Under the pieces are notes generated by a model. The model was not told the DNA's origin. It ran no database searches and saw only the letters and a program-made list of their open reading frames with translations. Below are positions 1 to 13,275 of a stretch of 64,000 nt of DNA, in pieces (the first letter of the stretch is position 1; the number at the start of each line of letters is the position of its first letter). The stretch covers positions 39,308,001 to 39,372,000 of the forward strand of contig OZ004607.1 of the NCBI GenBank assembly GCA_963924565.1, written 5' to 3'. The DNA is from Ascidiella aspersa. Lineage: Eukaryota. The position numbers and the translations under genes were made by a program.

Positions 1-484
1 ATAGGAATAACACACCACCGCCAAAACATACAATTTAAACCCATTTAAATTGCACTAGGGTCGGTCATTGTGCTGTAAATTACATATTGTGCTCCTTGTA
101 TTGTTTTGCTTAGAACGATCTCAGTTTAGATGCTTTAGTATTGAGAAAGTGGCTTTATTAAGGTTAGGCCGCCAAAACTATTTCGAAAATGTTGCAGCAA
201 TGTGGACTAACCACCGCTATTAAACTAAGGGTTTAGCTGAACGTAGAAGGAATATCGAAGCCCATAAAGAAGTAGGTAACATTTTAAACATTTCTTATAT
301 CTCGTCATTTTCAACCTATATATATTTGAAACGTTTAAAATATGTTAGCTAGTTTAGCATGGGCTTTATTATTTTAACCTTCAACTAGTAATAACCTACA
401 GAAACATTTAGATTGTTAGGTACTCTATGCACGGATCTGTAAGTAGCTCGGTCATGAATGGCAAAGTCAAAAAAGTAATGAAAC

Positions 485-526
485 ATTAACTGAAGATAAT
501 ACAAGCTCGTATCGAAACGTCTCAAT
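485..526 (+). ncRNA. Minimal type-I hammerhead ribozyme motif, family A copy 1 (slightly degenerate)
   Basis: AUUAA-CUGAAGA-U-AAUAC-aagcuc-GUAUC-GAAA-CGUC-UCAAU; lies between inverted arms 435-475 and 550-591. Confidence 0.6.
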
Positions 527-596
527 CAAAATGATGTCGATCTACTCGACTTTTTTGACCTTGCAATTCATTATCAAGCCACATTACAGATTGTTT

Positions 597-3500
597 TTAT
601 TCAAAAACCAACCCGTGGTAAGCCTTTATGTCGTCAGAATCGAACGAGAAGAATCCGTGACGTCGTCGATTTGGGTTCAGTAATCCGGGACTGGCGGTTT
701 GTAGAGGGCTGAAGGTGGGTGAAAATGTGGGGCTGGGTACGTAGTTCACGTATGTGGGGGTGGTGGGGAGGGAGCCGGGGTAGAGGGGCAGGGGGAACCG
801 GAACCCTGAGGGGGTCACTGGGGCAACGTGGGGCGCGCCGGTGTGGGGGCTAGGGCTGCCTGAAAAAAGAAATTAGGATCGTTAGTTTTATTTTACTATA
901 TTTTTTTACTATACTATGTTTCACGGTTATTTTTATTGTTTTTATTGTTTGTTTGTATATATACAGTATACACTGATGTTGCCATTAACTCGACGAAATA
1001 CATATTTTATAATGTAAGTTTTAAAACTAAAACACACGTAAACATATAAAATAAACAACTGTTTTGTTTTTCATTTTCCAAATCTATTCACTTTTAAAAA
1101 GGCCAATTAAATATTTACAAAGGTGGGAAAAATTAACTTGGGTTTAAAATAAAATAAAAAAATCAGTTTTTTTATTTCTATAGTATTTTATATCTTAAAA
1201 ATTTGAAAAATAAATTACAAGCATCCCACACTTTAAAATATTTTTTCCAAAATCATGTAAGATTTGTTTAAAATGTTTAAATAGCTACCTACCTCTTTAC
1301 GGGGTTTGAAAAAAAAAATATTATTAAAACTTAAAAAAAATTAACTAAAACTTTAAACCTTAAAACACAAATACAAATTGCAAACATTCCCTTATTTTTA
1401 CAATATTCTACAAAACAAGTGTAATTATGACTTTTTCACACTAACTTACTTGATACTTGCGATAGCAGTGCAGCGACACCTGGTGTCATGACCCTGTGTC
1501 TGTAATGGCCAGGAATTACCGAGGGGTGGCACCGGTACCTGACGGCGCCGACCAGGGGGCTAATGGGCGCCCCGGCCAACAACCGACCCACCTCATCACC
1601 CTCAGATGTGGCCAAAGATTCCTCACTACCATCGCTCACAGAACCACGAAGCAAACGAGTTGCAGCTGAGAAATAAATAAATACATATTATTTCAATTTC
1701 TAAAAAAAAAAATGTGACTCTCGAGTGGATTTAAACTGGAAACCAAGCTAGGTATGGTGATTTTTCGGCAAATTTGCACGAATTGTGCAAATCAGTCTTA
1801 AAATTTCTAAATAAATTACTTTGTTTTCCACATTTGTATTTCATTTAATTGAAACATTTCTTATCTAAAGAAACGAAACTAACCGAGCATTTACATTTCT
1901 CGTATGTGTCAGCACAACATTACGAACAAAACTTACATTGTTTCACAAAATATGTGGTTTATTAAAAAGTTTGTTATATTAAGAAATTGAAAAAAGCGAA
2001 AAATTTACATTTTCGGGCAAATCAGTTTCAACTTTAGCAAAAACGCCCAAAACTCGCTTTAATGCTTCATTAAAATGCGCTGTTGTTCTTCAATTGGGTT
2101 TGGGAGAAATTGACCGCGGGTGAAATCATATTTCCTGCCATTCACTCGCTAGGAACACTTGGCAGAGAGATTGGAGCGCTTTTATCCGGGCAGAGTTATT
2201 TGAAGAATGCGGAAATGACAGAGCGGGGTCGAAGGCTCTGTGGCGTAACAATGGGGCAAGTGTGACGAAACAAATACCCGAGTTTTTGTGAGAAATATAG
2301 AAGATTGAAGCACAAGGCGTTTATTGTATTTACCGGATTGTTGTGAACATTAAAGCGTGGTTCTAAACTTGAATAGTTTCACGGAAAGTCTAAATACATT
2401 TAGCTACTGCTTCTAACAAAAAAACACATGCAATTTAAATATCTCCCAAGTGTTAAACAAAATCAATCAAAAAAACAAGTTTAAAGAGATTTAGGTGTAA
2501 CTATGGGTGCAAAACTTTGTCCAGGCGTCGTTATGAGATTTTTTAAGCCTTCCTAAACCAAATATGGCTCTGAGAGATATCAGGCAACCGTAAATAACAA
2601 ATAAAATCAATCGAAAGTGCGTAGTAACTTAACATTACGTTAAATAGCCATTGTTGGTTAAACCATAAAAGTGGTCATTTTAAATTGAAACGATTCGTGC
2701 GAAACAATGCCACGTTGAACCACGCTAGAAACCAGAAGTGAAAATGAGGTCATATCAGTACTACGTGACGTCATAACTTATGGGGGGTTTCGTTACGTCA
2801 TAGTACTCACCCATCCGATGTGGGGCGACCGCTACAGGGGACTGTAGGGGTGATTCCTGGGGGGTACCAAATACGTCATCCTTGTTATCACCTCGTAAGC
2901 TTCCATCTGAAAGTGAAAGTGTGAAGGAATTTATCGATCGGATATTACTTGTATACGAGGAAAAGGGGTGGACAATATTTTTAATGTTTTGTACAAGAGG
3001 GGGTAAAAATATTATGCTGTACTTTGTCAAATCTGACTGGTTTATTGACGAACGATTTACTTCTATTTTCTTTTTTTTACCAAAACAACATTACACGTTA
3101 TTTTCATGTTATTTTCCGATAAGCTTCTTACGATATTTTGGCGTTCGGAAATGATTAAAAGACGTCATTGCTCAAACAAGCAAAATTATTCAAATAAAAT
3201 AAACAAAGGTAATGATTTTAGATTATTATGCCAACATTTTGCGTTAGCATTATTTTCCAACTTCGCCACAACCAACTTACTTTGTCTTGTAGCAGCTGCA
3301 GCAGATAGTAGCAGGGACTGTTGGTGCTGGGCCCGTCTGGTCAGGTCGGCCATGTGGGCCGTCATCGCCGCCGCCGCGCTCCCGGGGGTCATCTGTACAC
3401 CAACCGTTGTCGTTATTAAGTTGACCAAAAAAATTGGAAAAAAATTGACAAAGCGTTTTTTCATCGAAAAACAAGAATTCTAATTTTTTTGGGCGAAAAT

Positions 3501-6500
3501 TATTAAACAATTGCACTATAATAATCTCAGTAATTTTTTTATATTTAGAAAGTTAATGGGGGCAAAGTCAAATAAGTGAAAGTTTGGTGGCAAAATTACA
3601 ACATTATACACAACCGTGCCTTATTCAGTAAAAGTAAAAATAAAATAAGTTTGGGTTCTTGAATAAAAGCTGGGTTAAAGACTAAAGACAAACCGTCTGT
3701 CAACAGGGATGGGCACATCAGCAAAAATGAGGCTTTTAAGAGTATTTTAACAAACAAATAATTCATTATATCTTCTAATTAAGTAGGAAAAGAAATATTA
3801 GTACAGCGTTTCATCAACGAAAAAAGCTCGTTTTGTAGAGAGATAGCCAGGCAGTAGTGTATGTGTGAGAAGATCAAGCGTGTGTTCGAAGTAGTTATAT
3901 GGTAATAAAACCAAGATTAAAGCAATCGCAATGTTGACAGCAGATAACGTTCATTTAAAGAGTGTTTATTTAAGCAGCAATTTGACGACGGCCAGTAAAA
4001 CTGCCTCCCACCTCCTATGCGGTTAATTGTCTTAAAACGAAAGACCTGCGGATTGGCCCCTACTACGTCGGTCAGCGGTCTGCGGTGTTGAATATTGCGC
4101 TGCGCTCACAATCGAACAATGCACAATAGCCAGTGGTATTTGGGAAACCGACTATAGAATGGAAGAAATGCCAAACCGGCGGGAAGCAATTGTAAATAGA
4201 TTTTCCTGTGGTCTGTGTTAGGCCTGACGACAAAAGGGGGATGCGGAGAAGATAGCTGGATTTATATTACACGACGGTGTGCGTTGCTTAAAGCGCATTT
4301 AAAACGCACGCTTCATATTTTTACTTGAATTGTTTCAAGTTTTTAATGCAGTTTTATTACCAGATTTAGAAAAACGCTAGGCTACACCCAATCCAAGCAT
4401 TATAGGCGTAAATTCCTAATTATAAACTATTTTATTGGAATTTTATTTTATGATGCTTGTAAATGCGAGTTTTTCATCACATGTTTCTAGCAATGGTATG
4501 AATAACTTAATGAAGACACTGTAGGCAAAAATGCAATTTTTATAAATAAAAATCTACACTTTTTACCTTATTTTTACTTTTCTATTAAAAATCGTAAAAA
4601 AGGGGTGGCATATCAAAATGTTTTGGAACCTACATTAGTAACAACTTTATGCGACGATTTGCCATTGGTGACTTACGTGGTGGTTTGGTGGGTGTGGCAG
4701 GGGCGGGGTCAGTCCGCTTGGAGCCGAAAGTTCTCGAAAGTTGAACTGGTAAGTGAAACGCTTGCCCTTGGTCTTGTAAAGAATACGCTTGTTGTAGTAA
4801 TACCTGGAAAAAAACAATTTATCAGGAATATTTATTATATGGGCCGAAAATTCATTTTCCATGAGCTTATAATTGTTATTGCGTTTTCTGAAAACTGATA
4901 ACTTAAATGGCATTTTTACTTTATTTATTTCTACACATATCTACATAATGGAAACCCTAAACACATCAACCGAATTTGTCTATCAAGGCAGCCTAGAAAA
5001 CCACCAGCCTGAAGAGAGGTTTGAACGCATGGCTGGATCAAATTTGCTGTACATTATGTTTTGTGTATACATGTGCTACGTATCTTTTAAATGTGCACTA
5101 TTAAGATTTAATCCGTTCACTAAATATACCAGCAACTTATAAAGACTTCACCAAGTGCCTTCTGAAAAGGCTTTTGCAAAATAAATATTGATACTTTCAC
5201 AATTTGATATCCTAACTAAAATGAAAAAAGTATTTCTGGTGCATAAGCAAAACATACAATATTTAAAAACTATTTTGGTGCTTATGTTAAGAATTGAATT
5301 ACAGAACCATTAATTGTGTAAGAAAATAGAAAAAATGCAAGTATTGTTGCTTCTTTGCAAATTTGTGTTCTTAAAATTAAGAAAGCATTGTTTAATTTAA
5401 TAACTGTTAAGTGTGCATTAAACAGTTAGCACATTAGCCCATTAATACAATGGGCTACAAATTAATTAATGGCCCAACCAGAAGTTGTGACATCTAGGTG
5501 AAATTCCAAAGCTGGGCACACCTAGCTAAACCAACAGAGACCTGGCGTTATCTGCCTGATGTGAGCAGCCATTCTCCATACAAGGCAAGCACAAAAAGCA
5601 CAGCTAAAATAGAATGTGGCTGACTGGGAGAAGAGCTACCATTATACCACACCAAGCCATGTTTGCTGAATAGGATTTTGTCAAATATTTGGCTTAAAAT
5701 TTTTTGTTGTACTTAGTTCTGACATGCAAGGATCAATATGCCACAAAAAAACTATTGATTTACAGTCTCTATTAACTTGTAGTAGCCATATATGCTGACT
5801 AGGCATGTTTTAGGTTTGAATAGCAACGATTTTCAACAATACTTTACTGTGGATTTTTCTCATTGTTACCCAAAAAAGTCAACATTTGTTTAATTAATTT
5901 GACTAATATAGTATCATGGGCATCTTTTGCAAGGTTCCAAATCATGTATTCAAATAAATTTGGTTAATAAACTGGGGCACTTCATAAAAATAAAAACAAC
6001 AAAATTCTACTTGCTATTAAACATTGTTTGAAAAGTTGTAAATCTGCATACAGTGCTTCTTAACCCATCGTTTGAAACTATAATTTTCGCGCTATTTGGT
6101 GTTTTTGGTTTGTTAATTGTATTTGTTGGTTAGATTTGAGTCTAAAACAAGATTTTTTCAAGATTTAAGAAGATTGCCGAAGTACAATAGGCAATTTAAA
6201 GACAAGACTCTTAAATTTAGCATGTTTTACCATGTTTAATTCACTTTAATCCTACAAGAAATTTAATTGGGTCATCAAAGCTTTACTGCTATAATACTTT
6301 CGCTTGGTAGTTGGGTGGACGTGAAATAGGTTGAAGAACACTGGTTCAATTAATGAGCTATTTACCTCAAAGCTCTGCTGAGTTTGTCGTAGTTCATGTG
6401 TGGTTTGCATTTTCTCATTCCCCAAAGCTTGGCAACTTCGTCGGGGTCTTTGATCACAAACTCACCATATTCACCCTGCCACGCAATGATGTCCTGCAAA

Positions 6501-7845
6501 CATGGAAATTAAACACTGGGTTAAGATATTAATACAACCTGTAAAGCTCTTGTACAGGGGTAGGCTGTTATTTTCGAGCTGGGTCACTTTAGAATAAAAA
6601 TTCTTTTTAAAAAAGGGTCAATCTTAGGTTCTGAAGTGCATATTATATGAAGAGTGGATCTTTAAGGCAAAAAAGATAGAGGGATAGTATTACATGAAAT
6701 TTTTTTTATGAAAATAAGCCACAAGTTGCATCAAATTGCTTGACAGGCAATAGTTTTCCAGGGTCGAAAAAAACAATTGGTAATGTGGCCGTCAACAAAC
6801 TGCCTTCAAATAATACTAGAGAACAATAATTGAATACTAAAGGGTTCGATTACATATATACAAACAGATAAAAAAGCAACTTTTTAGTAGGCTTAGAAAA
6901 ATTACACTGAAAGCACAGAAAAAAATTTCACAGCATATTGAGTATCTACTATAAAAGACAGTCTGTTTATCACAATATCCTAGAATTGGGCATGAAATAG
7001 GCACCTTAAAAGTAGAGATAGACCGATATATCGGTTTACCGATTATATCGGCCGATATTTGGCTTCTACCAATATATCGGTATCAGTAAATGTAGGCCGA
7101 TATTTTGGCCGATATTTTAGTACAAAAATATGATATAATTTTTCCTGTACAACAAACTGAAAAATTGTAAAAAATCGGGTATCGGTATCGGTCCAAAAAA
7201 TGAATATCGGTCGATCTCTACTTAAAAGTGAAAAATATACCAATGTAAGCGCCATTATAAACATTAGTGTGAAACTAGTTTACCTGGTATTGCTCATCTT
7301 GCAAGAGTTCCAAGATAAAATGCCACAACTGAACTTGTCGACTACCCGGAGCAGATTCGGACTTGAACGCCCATTCCGGGATAGTTGTCTGGCTGTTCCC
7401 TAAAACATGAAGAAAAACAAAAAATGTCACATGAGTGCAGTATAAAGTGTCACGAAAGTGTGAATTTTTTTTAAAATCGCTTTTTTTTTATTTTAGTTTG
7501 GTAATTTTTTTCACTCTAACCATACAAGCCTCTTTTTATATTAAAATCAACCAATTATAATTAAAAAAAGCTATATGAACCAATTACATAACAGTATTTT
7601 CTATTCAAAAAGCCAATATTCCTAAATGTTACTTTTATAAACCTTCTAGGATAGTTCCTTAAGTTGAAGGGATTACTATTATGAACAAATTTTCCTAATT
7701 TATTTATCAGGCCAATATCCATCACATGTTTTACATATAATTAATAATGACTTTTAAAGTCAACAGTACCTGCTCTCCATACGTTGGAACTTGGTGGTGG
7801 ACGTTGTTTTATTGGATCCACGTACGCACAATGCATCTTCAGCAT
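597..7845 (-). CDS. ERF: ERF/ETV3-subfamily ETS-domain transcriptional repressor (multi-exon, 3' end probably outside window)
   Basis: Phase-consistent GT-AG exons: 7845-7770 ([11 protein letters not shown]..., in-frame TAA just upstream), 7399-7284 ([32 protein letters not shown]), 6493-6366 ([43 protein letters not shown]), 4803-4677 ([22 protein letters not shown]), 3392-3281, 2906-2811, 1665-1450 ([11 protein letters not shown]), 859-~613 ([15 protein letters not shown]). The ETS domain and the RGSVSD and FSF motifs match vertebrate ERF/ETV3. The last exon either splices at a GTTGGT donor after 613 or reads on to TAA at 597. Confidence 0.93.
7013..7220. mobile_element. hAT-type MITE with ATCGG-rich internal repeats
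   Basis: TIR TAGAGATAGACCGATAT / ATATCGGTCGATCTCTA; perfect 8-bp TSD CTTAAAAG (7005-7012, 7221-7228). Confidence 0.9.
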
Positions 7846-8072
7846 CGGAACTTAAGTTGCTGCGACGATGAAGTGAGTGAAACCGTTGCAGTCAGAACAT
7901 AATCCAAATGTTTAATTTAGTATAAAAATAGCCTTATATTAAAAGCCAGATGAAGAGCTGAAAATCAAAGGAGAATGGTAAAATAAAATTCCTGTAAAAG
8001 TTTTAGTAATATCTAGCTCAAATAAATATAATTGAAAGCGAATATTTTAAAAGTAATAACCAAAAAAAATTC

Positions 8073-8175
8073 GAGCATAAGGGTAGGAGGTTGTAGTAAG
8101 AATATCAAAGGTTATACAGAAGTAAGTAGCATTTGGTTTCAAAAAACTTTATTCATGTTCAACATTTCAACAAAA
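8073..8175 (-). repeat. Family B repeat, degenerate
   Basis: GAGCATAA..GGAGGTTGTAGTAAGAATATCAAAG..ATACAGAAGTAAGTAGCATTT..CTTTATTCATGTTCAACAT. Further partial copies at ~228-345 and ~25655-25685. Confidence 0.5.
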
Positions 8176-9639
8176 ACACTTTATGTATCTAAAATCCTTG
8201 TTAGTTAAAGCATAGCAACTTCAAAATTGCTATCAAGGTTTGTGTACAATGTCAACCTGTTGCAGAAACCTGTAGCATAACAGGAACAGCTCACCAAAGC
8301 AGCTCATGCTTCTCCACAAGTGTATTGTTCTTGCGTCAAATTACTTCCTAAGTTTTAAGTATTCCTCCCCACACATAATCATCCCTATCCGCTTTAACAT
8401 CCGAACAAGCTCCTTGCAACAACAATGCACCGCTAGAACACCTTACCTTTGTTATCTAAACAGTTCACACATTTTACCACAAGCTTTTACTAGAGCAGAA
8501 CAATGTTTATCTTATTTTTTTATAATATCTAATTAAATGAATTACACTTGTAAGACATTCCAGATATTCCAACTCTTAACAGCTTGTCAAAACAAGGATA
8601 TTTAGATCCTTATTTTTAAAGAAACAACACTTTATATTATTATATAGCGAAAATTCCATAAAATTACTAAAACTAACAAGATGCCTGTTCTGCTAATATT
8701 ATACTGGTGAACATTTTTGGGTAAAATTACACTAACACATAAATTAATTATACACCAACAAGTTAGTTAATGATCATTTATATACCAATACAAAAATACA
8801 TAAGTCATCATTTTGTACATCATATGACCTACAAAATTCACTCAGTTTCATTTATTTATCAATACTAAAAAATAACATTCATCATTTTAAAACCAGCTCC
8901 TTTAACAAAAGAAACAACATTTATCTAAACGTTAAAGAGTTCTAGTTACGAACAGCCAGCCTTTCAAGCAACGTCAATTCTAATCCAAGTTTCAGGCTTC
9001 CAGGTCAAATCGTTTCGCACCTCTGTTGGTTTGTCCTTGGAATAATGCCTCGAAAGCCAATGAGACAGACAAGCGAGCAAGAGTAGCAGACCTGTTACAG
9101 ACTAACAATCGGGTTTTCCCTGAACATCCAGGAAATTTGCGGCCACTTCGCACCAGGACTGTCGCAACAACCATTTGCAATCAACGAACCAAGCAACGCT
9201 CAAGCCCGACGCACAAACTTCCTACCAGTGGCATTTTTTTAAGTTTTCGTTCATTTTTTAAACTTATTAATGGTAAATCCCGGCAAAAGTTGTTAAACAC
9301 ATGTTTTTAATCGTTTTATGTTCCTTTGTTAAACAATGATCGGCCTTTTACAAACCGGAATAGTTTAAATAATAAATTGAAACAAAACGTTAATCTTTTA
9401 GGCCACACTTCTTATTGACCATTTAACCGTTTTATTTGTATTAAAACGGTCAGAAAGCTGTAGTTGCTAAACGCATTTTTTCATCCTATTTAATTTACCA
9501 ACACAAGGCTACTGTTTTGGCCACATTTTTTATCAACCTGCCAACAGCTTTCCTCACTATTTAAAAATTTATACGTTTCACACTAAACTTCGCTACTCTA
9601 GCGCTACAAAAATACCACAAAAACAGTTTAAAACGAATA

Positions 9640-10200
9640 TAGTGCCGACTAAGTTAGAGCGTCCTCGTAAACCAGCTTTTCTCTCACGCTTGGCGAGATT
9701 TCTGGCGAGTGAAATCAGCCAAGTATCACACAAGGCGGTCGGTCGGTCGCAGCTACTTCGCCATTTGGCGTGACTAGCTGGGCTCAACACCCGACACCAC
9801 TTAATGAACGCTTCTCTTTGTGGCCAGATTTGAGTCAGAGGCGCGCGCGAGAAATAGAACAAACGAAATCGCGACGATTCCATTCAACGGCGCAGCGGGT
9901 GCTGGTAATTTCCTTACAGAAACTCCAGGCCACTGCTGCCGGGGTTAGTGTACAAACAAGACCTGTTTCCACGCTTTGTGGCCACTAGGCATCAAACACT
10001 AGCGTCAAACCTGGTTTCCTTACAACGAATGAAGCGCTAACCTTATTTCAAATGGCGCGACCTCGATATCCGATAAGCTGTTGCTGCCGACAATGGACGT
10101 ATCCCGCTAAGCGATATTCTTTCACCCAAGATAACTTGATTAAACCACTTGGCTTGGCGAAATAGAGGGCGTGATATTAGTGCACTATGCCACTGCACAA
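9640..10200 (-). promoter_or_regulatory. Candidate ERF promoter / CpG-rich island
   Basis: GC/CpG-rich block ~2 kb upstream of the ATG with ATGGCG (YY1-like) and TTGGCG/GCGCGCG (E2F-like) motifs; transcription start not demonstrable from sequence. Confidence 0.3.
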
Positions 10201-11005
10201 CTGTCTTTTAGAAAAATTGATTTTTTTTGGTTAACTTAGCTTAAAGCATTTGCTATATACACTTACATACAACGGGGATGTATTAATATAAAATACTGGA
10301 TGGACTTCGGAAAAGATTAATATCAACTTAACTGCAATGTTGACTTGTTTAAGGTTCTATACAACTAAATTAAAAAAACAAGTTTAAATTAAACGCATTA
10401 TTAATCTACAATTTCTTAATAAAATTCAAAGTTTTATGCACTTAAAAATATATACTACTGACAGCTGACAACTAAAAATGTTTCTCAAAAACTTAACTTA
10501 GTTTAAACGGAGCCCAACTCAACAAAACACTTTTACCAGAACTTTTCTAAAACAACGTCACAATGCACTTTCTACGACCTCAAAACAACCAAACAAAGTA
10601 CCACTGAACAATCTAAACAACCTATTTCTATTCTGTAAAGCGCAAAACATCTCAAAAAGTATGACCAAAAAATCTACTCCTATTCTGTAAAGCGCAGCCA
10701 GAGGCATCCGGTTTTTATTTCTTTCCACGCGTGAGTTCGAGTGATCGCATTACAGAGGGTTGCCACAGTTGGAAGTAGCTTCCCACAGTTTAAACTGGGG
10801 TGGGGACCTAAGGTGTGTAAATACGCGATATTGGCGCGTGACGACAGATCAATGCGAGGTCCTATCTTCGCCAAACAGCCACGAGACGCCAGATTTACCA
10901 ACGCGGACCCGGCGACGCGCGGTCTCTGCCTGTTACGTCACAAAAGAACTCCCGGTAACGTCGAGTTTGGTCAAAAGGAATACTGAAGGTTATCTTTGGA
11001 GGATA

Positions 11006-11232
11006 ACCGCTCGAGGTTGCAGTTAAAAGCAGAAGGAATGTCAAAACAGAAGTAGGAAGCATTTTGAACGTTTCGAATAGTTGTTCACTCATTTTTAATA
11101 TCAGATCTGTGTTCACAAAATACTATCTACATCTCTATGGGCTTTGATATTCATTCTACGGCCAACTACAACCTCCAGCAATTAACTTAAGATTTATTCG
11201 AAACGCTCATAAAACGCAAACTTCTTCTGTAT
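11006..11232. mobile_element. Family B repeat, inverted + tandem units
   Basis: Same ~90-bp unit (CAGAAGTAGG..TTGAACGTTTCGAATA; TGGGCTTTGATATTC..CTACAACCTCCAGC) in both orientations. Confidence 0.6.
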
Positions 11233-12227
11233 GGGGTAGAATATTAAAGGTCAAACTTAACATAGCCTTGTGTGACATCACAAGTGGTCCGTGACATCAC
11301 AAAGGCGTACGGAAGTGTGTTTTGGTTTGAATGGCATAGCGGCGTGTTGGCTTGGCTTCCTGTGCTACAGACAAGGAGGGTTAGAGTTGACTTATAAGGT
11401 TAAGTTTTGCGCACGAGACAAACCCACGTTAGTATAGAGTGGCTCGACCTTGCTTGACGCAACTCATACCCGTCTGAACATTTCTATTGGGTCTTGTATC
11501 GGAAAACCATCAGGAAATCCGAATTACGGGATTCTGAGTTCGATTTTGGTACTTTGATTTCGGATTTTTTAAGGTTTTGATTGGTTAACGGTAACATATT
11601 TTAGGACCCGCAACCCTTTTATATAAATATGTAAAAATACTTTAGTGGCTAAAACAAATTTGAGTTTAATATTTTAAGAGTTTGGGAAACCGTTTCAAAA
11701 CACCCTTCAAAAACAGTACATTATTACGTTTAACATTTAAAATGAAAAGCGAGTTTTCTTGTAAAGTTTTACTTAAAAATGGCACTCGACTTTTCCGTTT
11801 ATTACAAAATAGAAATCTACTCGCTCTACGGATTCAGGACTTTTCAAAAAAATCTGTAAAATCAGTATTCGGCACGTTTTGATTCCAATTGTGCAAACAC
11901 GCCGCAAGTATAATCTCCTTTCCTCGTAAAACAATAAAATTCAAGTCAGTCACGATTAGGAAACGGGGGGCAATAAATCAGCAACAGATTTCGTTTCGAC
12001 AATTTCGTGGAAATATCGACCTTTTAGCTTTAAATTAACGTCATTAAAACATAAAGCGTTAATATTGCAATATCCATCTCACTGCCAACTAGTATATGAA
12101 TCCTAATATATTTACTGCGGAAACATGCAGAAATCTAACATGAAGAATGAATTTAAAGATCATACAGATGTACACCTTACGTGTGAAGGTTTCAAATCGT
12201 TCTTTGGTCATTTTAAATTTTAGATTT

Positions 12228-12380
12228 ATGTTAACAAAATGCTACATACGTCTATATGGGCTTTAATATTCTTACTACGTCTAACTACAACCTCGATCCA
12301 TTGTCAACAGATTTATTTAAAACGTTTACAAAATGCTACCTACTTTTGAATTTACTTTGCTATCTATTCTACGTCTAACG
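12228..12380 (+). repeat. Family B repeat, tandem units
   Basis: CAAAATGCTAC...TGGGCTTTAATATTCTTACTACGTCTAACTACAACCTC followed by a second partial unit. Confidence 0.55.
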
Positions 12381-12569
12381 ACATACTTTATTCAATATAC
12401 TTCAAAATCTTAAATTAATTTCCAGCAAAATACAACCGACTTTTACAGGCGAACTAACGCTTTACGTCGACCAGCAATTTCTTAAGCACAAAAGCTGCGT
12501 TTTTCCCTGCTTCAGTTACAGCGGCGAAAAAGCAGGCCGAAGGTTTTTTAAGCTTCAGGTTCAACAAAA

Positions 12570-12930
12570 GGGCCTTGTACAAAAATAGCCTTGTAAAAAA
12601 ACCCTTGTTAAAACGGGCAATAAATGTGCCTTGTAGACGGCAAAATAATGAGGCTTTTTTATACAGGCAAATAAATAGGCCTTATTAGAAGGGCTAATAA
12701 ACAGGCTTTTTTAAACAGGCAAAATAATTAGGCTTTTTTAAAAGAGAAAAATAAGTAGTCTTGTTTAAACGGGCAAATAAATAATATGCTTTTTTACAGC
12801 CCCAAATAAGCTTTTTAAACGGGCAAAAATATAGGCTTTGCAAGACGACCAACAAAATGTAGCGTGTTGTACAGCCAGATAAAAAGGCTTTTTTAACGGG
12901 CAAATAGGCTATGTTATACGACCAGGCCTG
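12570..12930. repeat. Degenerate ~21-bp minisatellite (AAACGGGCAAAAATAGGCTTTTT-like)
   Basis: Many imperfect tandem copies; possibly subterminal repeats of an old DNA transposon. Confidence 0.65.
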
Positions 12931-13152
12931 CAGCATCCGACACCAGCCTTTAGATGTGGTGATCTACTTGAGCGCACGTGTTGTGTGGCCTTATGTTGTG
13001 AGAGTTGTGGCTTTCTGTGGAGCCAGTTTGCTCGCCGCTGCAATCACGTTGACGCCAGAAGTAATGTGGACGTGAAACCACCATGGCACGACTCAAACTT
13101 AGTTTAAACTTCAGAATAAAACAGCATATCTTTGTGGCAAAACTAAAATAAA

Positions 13153-13275
13153 TATGAATATCGAAGCCCATACAGAAGTGAGTAGCATTTTGTGAATGTT
13201 TCGAATAAATCTTTATTCATTTTCAACATTGATGAAAAACCTGCTCAACTTCTCTATTAGCTTTGATTTTCATTA
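13153..13275 (-). repeat. Family B repeat with UUGAAAA hammerhead-like core
   Basis: Minus strand UG-UUGAAAA-U-GAAUAA-agau-UUAUUC-GAAA-CAUU (13228-13195); CG>CA change in stem III. Confidence 0.55.
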
